Source of the DNA: a phage
Direction: 5' to 3' (one strand)
Sequence record: OZ346222.1
Length of the DNA stretch: 64,000 bases
Part shown: positions 55,764 to 64,000 of the stretch, piece by piece
Numbering within the stretch: the stretch's first letter is position 1
Layout of the letters: each line of letters opens with the position of its first letter
Made by a program: the position numbers and the translations under genes
The notes under the pieces: model-generated
Told to the model about the DNA's origin: nothing
The model's input: only the letters and a program-made list of their open reading frames with translations
Database searches by the model: none

Positions 55764-56009
55764 ATGAAAAGCAATAAAGGTTATAACGGTTACAAAAACA
55801 AAACTCATTGGAATGTAAGCCTTTGGATTAATAACGATGAGTCATTGTACCGGTTGGCCCAAGGCTTTATTAACGCCAATGCTAATCGTAATGATGCGGC
55901 GCGGGATATGATGCTTTTTCTGGAGCTAACCGGACAAGATAAGACCCTGGACGGCTTCAAGTACAGCACTACGGCGATCCGTGCCGCGATGGTTGGAATG
56001 AAACACTAA
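55764..56009 (+). CDS. small hypothetical protein
   Basis: Start at ATG after AAAGAAGAGG (track ORF from 55683 would cover the promoter). Confidence 0.5.
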   Translation: MKSNKGYNGYKNKTHWNVSLWINNDESLYRLAQGFINANANRNDAARDMMLFLELTGQDKTLDGFKYSTTAIRAAMVGMKH

Positions 56010-56200
56010 AAGCACATAGCTGCCTTACCCTGGGGCTGTGGTAGCGGCCCCATGAATAAGGTTACTAACAGAAGAGAATAAACACCATGAAACAGAAATT
56101 AATCGATGCAGTGATCTTGGTTATTGCCCTGGGTATTGGCCTGATTGCAACCATGTCTAATATGATCTTGTCTTCCAACGGTATCGGGTGAGGTTGGCAA

Positions 56201-56416
56201 ATGATCACTAACAAAACAGGCAAAACGGAATTTTTACGCAACTTACAGATCGGCAAGCCTGAGATCTGGTACTGCACTAAAACACCGCGTGACGAAATGA
56301 AAGACTTCACCGCCACGCTGCAACGGGTAAAGATATCTATCACGCAGAAAAAGGCCTTACTAGTGGTGGAAGGGGAGATCCCCCAAACCGTTGTTATAGT
56401 TGATCGTACAGCATAG
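56201..56416 (+). CDS. small hypothetical protein
   Basis: 71-aa ORF; weak RBS. Confidence 0.45.
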   Translation: MITNKTGKTEFLRNLQIGKPEIWYCTKTPRDEMKDFTATLQRVKISITQKKALLVVEGEIPQTVVIVDRTA

Positions 56417-56507
56417 TTTAATTTATACAGATACCTGAAAATTAACCAACAAAGCATAAACAGGCGGTTACCGCCGCCTTAAACGTAGCAGAAAGAGGAT
56501 AGGCACA

Positions 56508-56792
56508 ATGAAAAAGATGATCGCAGTGGTTACCCTGGTTGTTGGACTTAATGCGCCTGTAATGGCTAAAGAGCTGGCAAAAGAGGTTAATCTAACGGAT
56601 ATTCATGCCGTCAATCAAATCGGGGTTACTTATCGCTTATGCCTTGCCGCTAAAACTTTTAAGGACGGCACAACAGAGTACTACGGATTCGAGGGTATCC
56701 GGTGCGGTGAGCTTGCTCGCGACCTTAAGGAAGATCCAGACCTGGAGGATCTGCCCATAACCGTGAACGGGAAAACTTACGTGAACCGTTAA
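56508..56792 (+). CDS. small secreted/periplasmic protein
   Basis: 94 aa; N-terminal signal peptide MKKMIAVVTLVVGLNAPVMA; RBS AAAGAGGATAGG. Confidence 0.55.
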   Translation: MKKMIAVVTLVVGLNAPVMAKELAKEVNLTDIHAVNQIGVTYRLCLAAKTFKDGTTEYYGFEGIRCGELARDLKEDPDLEDLPITVNGKTYVNR

Positions 56793-56937
56793 CCATGAGA
56801 AAGATAATTATTACCATGGGGATCGTGGCGGCAATGTTGGCGATCTTTCCCTTTATGGTTAGGTATGTGCTGATTAATGTTGTCCTGGTAGTCAGCGATC
56901 TGGTGTTATATATTAACTCATTGTTTTAGGCGCGATA

Positions 56938-57129
56938 ATGACAGCGGAAGAAGTTAAAAAAGTACTGGCGGTACTGCGTTATCATAATCATTGCAAGGTG
57001 AAGAATGATCCTGATTATCTTGATTCATCCCTTGAAGAGGATACACTACAAGCCATAAGCAACATGCAAGAATTGCTTAAGCGTATGACAGAGAAAAACC
57101 GACCGGACTACATAGGGGGTAAAATATGA
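56938..57129 (+). CDS. small hypothetical protein
   Basis: 63-aa ORF. Confidence 0.45.
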   Translation: MTAEEVKKVLAVLRYHNHCKVKNDPDYLDSSLEEDTLQAISNMQELLKRMTEKNRPDYIGGKI

Positions 57130-57437
57130 TCGCTATTACGCCAACCGTTTTAGATTGGTATCGGCAACGCATAGCGCCTCCGCTGGCTATCTTCAAAGAT
57201 GCGGAAGCAAAACAACGCCGGATCTCAATACATGAGATCATCAACCTTAACGCTGGAGGCACACCATACCGCCCAGGACCTGGCCGTGAGATGGACAATA
57301 CATTGGCGATCCTGAAGATACGCCGTAAACGGTCCTCCCTTACGCTGGATTCATTACACACAATGCAGTCTCCGTTCCAGGTGACTGGGAAACGGATCGC
57401 CAGGTCCTGGACAAAGGCCAATGACCGGACCGTATAA
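57126..57437 (+). CDS. hypothetical basic protein
   Basis: 103 aa; ATGA overlap with upstream gene; preferred over the overlapping minus-strand ORF because it continues the co-directional coupled gene series. Confidence 0.45.
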   Translation: MIAITPTVLDWYRQRIAPPLAIFKDAEAKQRRISIHEIINLNAGGTPYRPGPGREMDNTLAILKIRRKRSSLTLDSLHTMQSPFQVTGKRIARSWTKANDRTV

Positions 57438-57522
57438 ATAAAAAGTGTTTTGGTACTGATTTTGGGGTTGACTTGTTCGGCCCCTTTTGCTATTCTTATT
57501 AAACGGGCGGCACTTGGGAACA

Positions 57523-57547
57523 GGGGGAGACAATCACCAGGCCTGCC
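57523..57547. repeat. conserved 23-nt GC-rich motif, copy B (inverted relative to copy A at about 47745)
   Basis: GGGGGAGACAATCACCAGGCCTGCC is the reverse complement of GGCAGGCC(C/T)GGTGATTGTCTCCC at about 47745. Confidence 0.55.
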
Positions 57548-57572
57548 TGTCATATAAGAACTATAAAAACCG

Positions 57573-57601
57573 TTGACATCTGCCAGGGGGTGGGGTAACA
57601 T
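57573..57601 (+). promoter_or_regulatory. sigma70-type promoter
   Basis: TTGACA-17 nt-TAACAT, then hairpin GGGCA...TGCCC, CA-rich spacer CACACAACAACC, RBS. Confidence 0.5.
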
Positions 57602-57655
57602 TTATCTTGAAGGGGCAAAGGTGCCCACACAACAACCAGAAGAGAGGAAAACACT

Positions 57656-57928
57656 ATGTCAAGCTGGATTAATCAAGAAGTCGAATCACGTTTTAATGCT
57701 ATTTGGGATCTCATCGAAAAAGAAGACGGCACATCAAGCCCCTACCTCAACAATTTGGAATTCCATTTTGTGGAAGCGATGAACGCAGAACATGATCACG
57801 AAGGTGGTGCGGACGAGTTCGCTAAAGGGTATGGCTTCAACAATGCCAACGAAATGATCGAGGCGGTTGTACTCCAGGCTGAGGAAGATTATCAATTAAA
57901 AACGCTTGAATTCTGCCGCCGCAAGTAA
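57656..57928 (+). CDS. hypothetical acidic protein
   Basis: 90 aa; RBS AGAGAGGAAAA. Confidence 0.55.
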   Translation: MSSWINQEVESRFNAIWDLIEKEDGTSSPYLNNLEFHFVEAMNAEHDHEGGADEFAKGYGFNNANEMIEAVVLQAEEDYQLKTLEFCRRK

Positions 57929-57988
57929 TAAGATAATGACACGGGCCGGGAGGCCCACTAATCAGAACCACACAAAGAGGTAAACATC

Positions 57989-58252
57989 ATGAAACGTCTT
58001 GATCAGCTTAAACTAGTTCAGTACATGGCCTACAAAGTTCTTGAAGTCCAAAAAGGTAGCAAAAAAGAGGTTTGCGAGAAAGCGTACAAGATCTTTACCC
58101 GTAAAAAAGATGATTGGATGTTACGCCAGACCAAAAAAGCCGATATCTTGGGGTACCTGGAAGAAGAGATCCGACTTGAAGAGCAAGAAGAGATCCGCCG
58201 CAGTGAGGCAGATTATCAGGCAGCCTGGGAAAACTGGATGAGCAACAAATAA
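57989..58252 (+). CDS. hypothetical protein
   Basis: 87 aa; leader hairpin GGGCC-GGGA-GGCCC, CA-rich spacer, RBS AAAGAGG. Confidence 0.55.
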   Translation: MKRLDQLKLVQYMAYKVLEVQKGSKKEVCEKAYKIFTRKKDDWMLRQTKKADILGYLEEEIRLEEQEEIRRSEADYQAAWENWMSNK

Positions 58253-58319
58253 TACAACAAGTTGCACGATCAGGGGGCAATAAAGCCCCTTGATCACATA
58301 AAAATTATGCTATCCTTGG

Positions 58320-58348
58320 TTGACAAGGATCGGCAGTTTTGCTATATT
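58320..58348 (+). promoter_or_regulatory. sigma70-type promoter
   Basis: TTGACA-17 nt-TATATT upstream of the 58397 gene. Confidence 0.5.
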
Positions 58349-58396
58349 CTTTTTGAAGGGAAGTTGTAAGAAAATTAACTAAGAGGTAAAAACACC

Positions 58397-58816
58397 ATGA
58401 ACATTAAATCTAATAATCCGGCATATAGCTTTGATAACGCTTTTTGTCACGGTCCGGCGGCGAAAGGATTCGAAATCGATGGTAAACTAATTATTGTCAA
58501 TGTTGACGGGGAAGAGGTTGCAGTATATCCGGTGGCAGACGTAAAAAGCCGTTTACAATGCCGCATGGATGTTACCGCCTATCAGCTTGATCCGGTCCGC
58601 ATAGTTGCCCTGGTCCTGGAAGAAGAAATTAAAGCCATGCACCATAGCAACAGATTTATTGGTGACGCGCAGGATAATATGAAAGTATGCCGCCATAAAG
58701 TTAATGAAGTGCTTAAAGAGTACGGCTATAAAGATCTTATGATCAAACGTGAGGAAAAATTCCGCTACCGTAACGACCTGGCAAATCGGATTTTTGAAAT
58801 ATACGAATCATTATAA
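58397..58816 (+). CDS. hypothetical protein
   Basis: 139 aa; RBS TAAGAGG; followed by terminator. Confidence 0.55.
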   Translation: MNIKSNNPAYSFDNAFCHGPAAKGFEIDGKLIIVNVDGEEVAVYPVADVKSRLQCRMDVTAYQLDPVRIVALVLEEEIKAMHHSNRFIGDAQDNMKVCRHKVNEVLKEYGYKDLMIKREEKFRYRNDLANRIFEIYESL

Positions 58817-58832
58817 TTTTTTAACTGAATTA

Positions 58833-58860
58833 TCAAGGGGCTTAGGCCCCTTTCTTTTTG
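58833..58860 (+). terminator. rho-independent terminator
   Basis: AGGGGC-TTAG-GCCCCT hairpin followed by TTCTTTTTG; closes the rightward small-gene block. Confidence 0.6.
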
Positions 58861-59299
58861 TCTGCTCTTCCCCCTACCATAAACGGCCCTACCTGGCAAG
58901 TGGAATAATTGACGAGCCATCAATCCCACACACTGTACAAATATACATGTAAAATAACTATTGCATAACCTTTCATTGTGTGGTAGCGGTGCTATTTTTT
59001 ACCTGTTTTCCTTCCAAAATTGCACGTAATGCAGCTATTGCACAAAATTTAACCTGATGCACATCTCCAATATCCTGTCAACAACTAAAAATCTTTATAA
59101 GTCATACACTTACACAGCATCGAAAGCGTGTTCTACGCGAAAAATCGAGTATAACTATAGCCGCCAGATCTCAGAATTCACGTACGCACGCCATTCTATA
59201 GCCTGCAAAGTATTTATTCCAACCACAGAATAACGGAATAGTCAATACCTGAATAAAATAATTATTCGTTTAAACTGCATAACATAAATCAGCTCAGGT

Positions 59300-60830
59300 G
59301 TCAACATTTTTCGTAAACAGTCTGAAATTGTCACTGTGAGTTATCATAAACAGAGAAATCTTTAGTCGTATAATGTTTACTGTACGTTACTATACTGACT
59401 GGAATCATTAGATGACTAATAGAAAGATAAGAAATAATTAACAATACAATTATTTTACCTGTAACAATAAGACAACTATGCAAACGAATGGCATGGCGCG
59501 ACGGAGTCGCGACATAATATAAAAGCAGTAACCATCACCCCCGTGATGGTTTGTCTGCAATCTATTAATCAGATCATAGTTGCCTTGTATTCAGTTAATC
59601 ATGACATAATAAGCAAGGCAACTATAGATCTGCTAATAGTTGCCCTGCTTTTATATTATGTCATATATTATTAACTTGTTAATTGTTAACTTGCTAATTG
59701 TTTTCATGCAAACGAATGTCATGGCTTATCCTATCTGTGTAAACAGTTAAGGTGTAAACTATCCAGGCGTAAACAGTCTATGCGGGAACAATCTATACGT
59801 GAACAGTGAAACATGAAATAATAACAGTCGTTATTGTGTCGAAAGTGTATAAGGTGTCAGACAAGTTTTTCTCCTCTTTGTCAAGTGCTGCATGAAAAAT
59901 TTACAAGCTTGTATGGTAGCATTTTTGCGGCCCTGTTTACATTCAGCGATGTATGTATAATCCTTGTTGTGTGGGCGTTTAGACGTCTAGACGGTCAGAA
60001 GTCTGCAGGTTAATACCTAATCTATCGGCTGCTAACTATATCCCACACAAATAGTAAGAAATATAATTGTTATGTGCGTAAACAGTAACTCATGTTATCA
60101 ATCCCTGTATGTATCGCCAGTGGTGCGCATAATGGGTATTATGTTAAATTGCCCGTAATGATAACTATTCTCACAATGATAGGTATTCTCATTCACTCCC
60201 ACAAGATAGGTTGCAAATGTTGTGCCACTGTGTGAACGGCCTAACCTATTAATTTGCCTCACTGCCTCGATATTTGAGAATTGTTATAAGAATGAGAAGT
60301 ATTCCCATTTCGTCCGCCTGGCAGCACTCCAGTCGCTACCGCTCATGACAGGGCAGAACTAGACCCTCTTCAGATATTTCTGGCTGACTCTTCAGGTCTG
60401 TGTGGGAAAAGCCAACCTCTCCGGCGGCGGGGAGGGGGTCAATTAAAAAAAATTACGTGGTGCATGAAGCGCTCTTCAGGTAAGGCATGTGTTATGGGAT
60501 GAAACCCTCTTCAGGCAATGATATTTGTGGGTGTGATATTTGCTGGAAAGCCAGATATGACGGGACTCCTGGCGGGGCAGGGGTAGTACAGACAGGGAAA
60601 ATATGGGGGATGTAGTTGGGGAAATTGATCAGACAGGTAGAGTATGGAATATGTTACAAGTATGTTAAATAGGGAGGATGAATATCTGCAGGATTTGTGT
60701 GTAAAATCAAAGACTTAAGTGGTGTTGTGGTATTTTCTATAAATAATTCAAGTTTAATAGGTAATATTTGTCTCTATCCACTTTGTGTGGTAAACAGATT
60801 CAGATGAAATTGGTTTACAAGTGTATACAT
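59300..60830. repeat. iteron-like dispersed repeats (GTAAACAG family) and palindromes in an ORF-free region
   Basis: At least 7 copies of (G)TAAACAG in both orientations, five within about 90 bp near 59.74-59.83 kb; 12-bp inverted repeat ATAGTTGCCTTG/CAAGGCAACTAT near 59.58-59.62 kb; TGCAAACGAATG(G/T)CATGGC twice. Confidence 0.55.
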
Positions 60831-61281
60831 AATATACAAATTAAAGATACAAGAAACCCCCCTCCCCCTTCGGCTACCATTCACCTTTTCCTCTGACTGG
60901 TACTTAAACACTTATTCAGACTCTTCAGGTTATCACCCATATATCATATGGCAGTGACTGGTGTCCTCCGGCCCCTCTTTCGTCACCCGTCCGCTTCGCC
61001 ATGCTAATGCCATAGCCAATGGTTCGGTTGTTCACTCTGTTCACTCAGGTGTATCTCCATACCCCTTCAAACCGAAGAGAACAGAAAACCCGAATTACTC
61101 GGTAAAAGAAAAGAGAAGAACTTAATTTTATCAGGATAGGCAAGAATGTCAAGGCATGACTGCTCACTAAACAAGCAAACAGTCATGTGTGGAAGGTAAG
61201 TGATTGTGGTGGTGGGAAATTTAGTTGAAAGATGTGTTATAGGTGCGCTTCCAGCACTTTGGCCGGGCAGCTAATTGTGTG

Positions 61282-61497
61282 TCAGTCCAGCGGTTCATCC
61301 TCTACTTCACTGAAATCAATGTTCATGGTCTCCTCCCAACCATCGATCTCAGCACAAGAGTGGAGTTCTTTAGGGTTTACTCCCAAAGCCTCAGCAACAG
61401 AGTCTATATTTAACACCTCTGGCAGGTATGATTCATCGAATTCAAGGTAAATCAGGCCACGAGTGTTGTCAGCTCCACCAAATATCTCTATCTTCAT
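61282..61497 (-). CDS. small hypothetical acidic protein
   Basis: 71-aa ORF, first of leftward small-gene block. Confidence 0.45.
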   Translation of the reverse strand: MKIEIFGGADNTRGLIYLEFDESYLPEVLNIDSVAEALGVNPKELHSCAEIDGWEETMNIDFSEVEDEPLD

Positions 61498-61618
61498 GAA
61501 ATCTCCTCTGGAAATGAGAGTGTGAACAGGGTTTTATACGTTCTAATGCACAGGAATTATACACGTTTGCCTCTTCAGGCCATGCTTTAGCATGAGGAAC
61601 CTGTGTGGGCTCGGTGCT

Positions 61619-61831
61619 TCATAGTCTACCACCTCTGAACTCTTCGTGCTCAGGCATAATAGAGAACCAGATATCTACGATGTCCTCCCACGTCAGGTCA
61701 TCAGCCTCAGGATCTGTCTGGGACGAAGATGAAGAGTCCTCAGAATCTAAGTTTTCCTCTTTAACTGGCTCATCCAAGGGACATATGGTCACTCCTTCGG
61801 ATGTCTCTTCAGATGCATGTGTGTTGATCAT
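61619..61831 (-). CDS. small hypothetical acidic protein
   Basis: 70 aa, Asp/Glu/Ser-rich; its ATG overlaps the stop of an upstream about 34-aa hydrophobic ORF. Confidence 0.45.
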   Translation of the reverse strand: MINTHASEETSEGVTICPLDEPVKEENLDSEDSSSSSQTDPEADDLTWEDIVDIWFSIMPEHEEFRGGRL

Positions 61832-62191
61832 GTTCCCCCCGTGAGTATTCCGGCAACAGCCGCTATGGAAGTAATGATCATCAGGATCACCACTAAAACT
61901 TCAGACAATGTTCTCATTGTGTATTCCATATTCTCCAAACTGTGTGTGGATACTATCACGGGAGCGGTAATGTGTCAACAGCAACGCCGCGAGGGTTTGG
62001 TTAAAATCCGAGCGTATGGTGATTTGGGTCAAAACGGACGTGCGTTCTCGCTACGCTCGAAAGAGAGACTTGTTTGTAGAAAGCTCTTAAACGCTCTGTA
62101 ACGAGATTATCTGTCCAAGGTATGCAATCGTGCACCAGATAAAGAAAAGGACGCCACAGAGCGTCCTAGGTGTCTTAAATTTGATATTTTG

Positions 62192-62503
62192 CTATACCCA
62201 TGAGGGCTTATCAAGGTTGGAGTAGCTGAAAGGTGTCAAAAGGTGACTGTCAAAATCCCTCAAACTATCCAAATCTTTTTCCTCGTCCTGACACCATCTG
62301 TGCCTACATTTATTGTTGTAGTGCATAGAATGCATAGCGTTCTGCAACTTAACAGGTACAAGTGATTCAGGAGTAGATAGTATTGTTGGGTATGCCAGAA
62401 TCACCTCAAACAGTGGAAACACATCGAAACTAAAGTCTATCTCTGCAGAGGTTGATGGCATATAGGAGTATTTAGCCGCCTTTGTAGACATAATCCACCT
62501 CAC
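62192..62503 (-). CDS. hypothetical protein
   Basis: 103-aa ORF. Confidence 0.4.
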   Translation of the reverse strand: MRWIMSTKAAKYSYMPSTSAEIDFSFDVFPLFEVILAYPTILSTPESLVPVKLQNAMHSMHYNNKCRHRWCQDEEKDLDSLRDFDSHLLTPFSYSNLDKPSWV

Positions 62504-62617
62504 ACAGGTTTGATAATACCTTTACCGAATAATTCTTCGTATCTAATCTTATCCGGATCCCACTCTTGGATAATTTCGAAGACAATATCCAACCCAGGGA
62601 TAATCACTTCTCCAGTG

Positions 62618-62827
62618 TCAAGTTTGGCAAGAACAAAACCAGAAGGCTGAATGGTTTCCCAGTTGTGCTTCATTGGAATAGAAGACCTCGAAAATATCGC
62701 CGACCTTTATCTGTTGATCAAGATGTTCAAGATTCTCTTTCATATAGACGCAGCGGATTTTTCGTGCAGGCCAGAGACCACCTGCATCACGTTCATTTAG
62801 CTCTTTTACAGTAATCGGTATACCCAT
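62618..62827 (-). CDS. small hypothetical protein
   Basis: 69-aa ORF. Confidence 0.45.
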   Translation of the reverse strand: MGIPITVKELNERDAGGLWPARKIRCVYMKENLEHLDQQIKVGDIFEVFYSNEAQLGNHSAFWFCSCQT

Positions 62828-62847
62828 CTCAAATCTCCTTCATAGAT

Positions 62848-62880
62848 AGTAAAAAGAGGGGCCCAAGCCCCCCTCTTTGT
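62848..62880 (-). terminator. rho-independent terminator (leftward)
   Basis: GC hairpin (AGAGGGGCCCAAGCCCCCCTCT on + strand) followed by a T-run on the minus strand, just downstream of the 62883..63188 gene. Confidence 0.45.
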
Positions 62881-62882
62881 CA

Positions 62883-63188
62883 TTATTCTACAGAGCGTTT
62901 GAACAGAATGTCTGCCTCAGACATGTGCTCAACCTCTTCTTCGATTTTAGCGCGACGTTTTTCAGCCTCATAGCGAATATCGAACTCGGTAGCCACCAGA
63001 GATTTGATGAATTTAGGAGAATACAGGTGATCCTGCTTCTCAACGAGAATGATATCCTTAATGGCATCTTTCAGATCTTTAATCTGAAGTTGGAGTTCTA
63101 CCAGTTCTTCGATTGTTTTGCGAAGGCGATCACGCTCTGCAGTGTCAGAAGGAAGAGAGGTGAACAGTTCAACTTTAGATTTAGCCAT
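62883..63188 (-). CDS. coiled-coil protein
   Basis: 101 aa; Lys/Glu-rich heptad pattern. Confidence 0.5.
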   Translation of the reverse strand: MAKSKVELFTSLPSDTAERDRLRKTIEELVELQLQIKDLKDAIKDIILVEKQDHLYSPKFIKSLVATEFDIRYEAEKRRAKIEEEVEHMSEADILFKRSVE

Positions 63189-63216
63189 AGTAAGAGTCTC
63201 CTTATGTTGTTTTAAA

Positions 63217-63534
63217 TTAACGTTCTACAAAAATACCGTTCAGTTCAATAACCAGGAATTTCTGGTCTTCACTATCGTCTCGTGCCAGCACCTCACAGAC
63301 GTATCGGTCATCCCCATCATCATCGCAGTCAAATACAAGACTGAGGACTTTATCATGGTAAACCTTCGCCACTACCGCCTCGTAAGTATTGCCGATTGTG
63401 AATCCAAGATAATCTCCGATGCATTTGACAACAACATGGTCTCCAGCATTTAAGTCAATCTTCGTCATTACTGCGCTCCTTGGGTAATAATACTGTATGT
63501 AAAACTTTAACCAGAGATGTGAATAACGCCCCAA
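63217..63534 (-). CDS. hypothetical protein
   Basis: 105-aa ORF. Confidence 0.5.
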   Translation of the reverse strand: MGRYSHLWLKFYIQYYYPRSAVMTKIDLNAGDHVVVKCIGDYLGFTIGNTYEAVVAKVYHDKVLSLVFDCDDDGDDRYVCEVLARDDSEDQKFLVIELNGIFVER

Positions 63535-63623
63535 AACACACCGATAGCGCTAAAACAGACAAGGCCATCATTAAAGCTTCAGTAAAATCAGTCATTCCTC
63601 ACCTCTTGTTAGTCACTGTACTA

Positions 63624-63887
63624 TCATTTATCCTTGTCGTCAAGAACTTTTTTAAATCTTTCAGGGATATCTCCCGTTCTTAGATAGTTCATGACCTCGC
63701 AAGGTTCCCACTTGAATTTCTTACAGAGCAGGGCGGCTGAGATTGTTTCATTGCGAAAAGAAAGGATATTAATATCCCACTCTGAGAACCCCAACTTCCG
63801 AAGGGTAGCTACAGAAATCCTCACCGCAACCCAGCAGCAAAAACATGCAACAAACGCCACTGCTACAACCCACATCAGGATGTTCAT
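63624..63887 (-). CDS. membrane-anchored small protein
   Basis: 87 aa; N-terminal hydrophobic span WVVAVAFVACFCCWVAV. Confidence 0.45.
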   Translation of the reverse strand: MNILMWVVAVAFVACFCCWVAVRISVATLRKLGFSEWDINILSFRNETISAALLCKKFKWEPCEVMNYLRTGDIPERFKKVLDDKDK

Positions 63888-64000
63888 ATAAGCACCTTAC
63901 TGAAATACAAGACACAGTGTTAAGGTTACTGACCAGCAAATAATTAACAGTGCCGTTGCAACCTTTGCAAGATTTATCATAGTGCCTCTAAGATTTCATA

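Noticed and set aside
57077-57601. 174-aa minus-strand ORF overlapping two plus-strand genes and the conserved GC-rich motif
   Set aside because: Low-complexity Arg/Ser/Pro-rich translation, antisense to a coupled series of plus-strand genes, and partly derived from the repeat motif; most likely a spurious open frame.
49076-58000. N4-like virion-RNA-polymerase hairpin promoters as the explanation for the recurring leader hairpins
   Set aside because: Each hairpin sits downstream of a well-spaced TTGACA/TATAAT-like pair, loop lengths vary from 3 to 9 nt, and no giant virion RNA polymerase gene is present in the window; host sigma70 promoters followed by 5' leader hairpins is the simpler reading.
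1-64000. tRNA genes, rRNA genes and CRISPR arrays
   Set aside because: Scanning the intergenic regions by eye found no cloverleaf-compatible sequence with a GTTCGAATC-like T-loop and no regularly spaced direct repeats with unique spacers; the one GGTTCGAAGG match at about 6584 is inside a coding region. This was not an exhaustive search.

Overview
This window looks like part of a lytic tailed dsDNA phage genome (Caudoviricetes), probably with an enterobacterial host; I could not assign it to a named phage from sequence alone. Layout: (1) 1-13.6 kb, rightward structural/host-recognition module with two paralogous tail fibers, a third fiber/spike-like protein and a 1878-aa protein carrying an Ig-like domain; (2) 13.7-20.9 kb, leftward module including a HAD-like phosphatase, three tandem 87-aa paralogs and a vWA protein with an HExxH motif; (3) 21-39 kb, rightward DNA-metabolism module: AAA+ ATPase, signal-peptide SleB-like hydrolase, rIIA-like GHKL ATPase, Dda/PIF1-like helicase, two DNA methyltransferases, primase-helicase and a family A DNA polymerase; (4) 39-47 kb, dense small genes including an SSB ending in DDDIPF and a macro-domain protein; (5) 47.05-48.1 kb, repeat-rich non-coding DNA; (6) 48.3-58.8 kb, about 30 small genes behind near-consensus sigma70-type promoters with a recurring leader architecture; (7) 58.86-61.23 kb, a 2.4-kb ORF-free region full of short repeats; (8) 61.3-63.9 kb, leftward small genes. 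The most notable observation is that the DNA polymerase reading frame stops exactly at the His of motif C (HDE) and resumes with DE about 276 bp downstream, which fits a small group I intron. No tRNA, rRNA or CRISPR array was recognised. All functional calls rest on motifs read by eye; no database search was run. Promoter, terminator and repeat coordinates were hand-counted and may be off by 1-2 nt.
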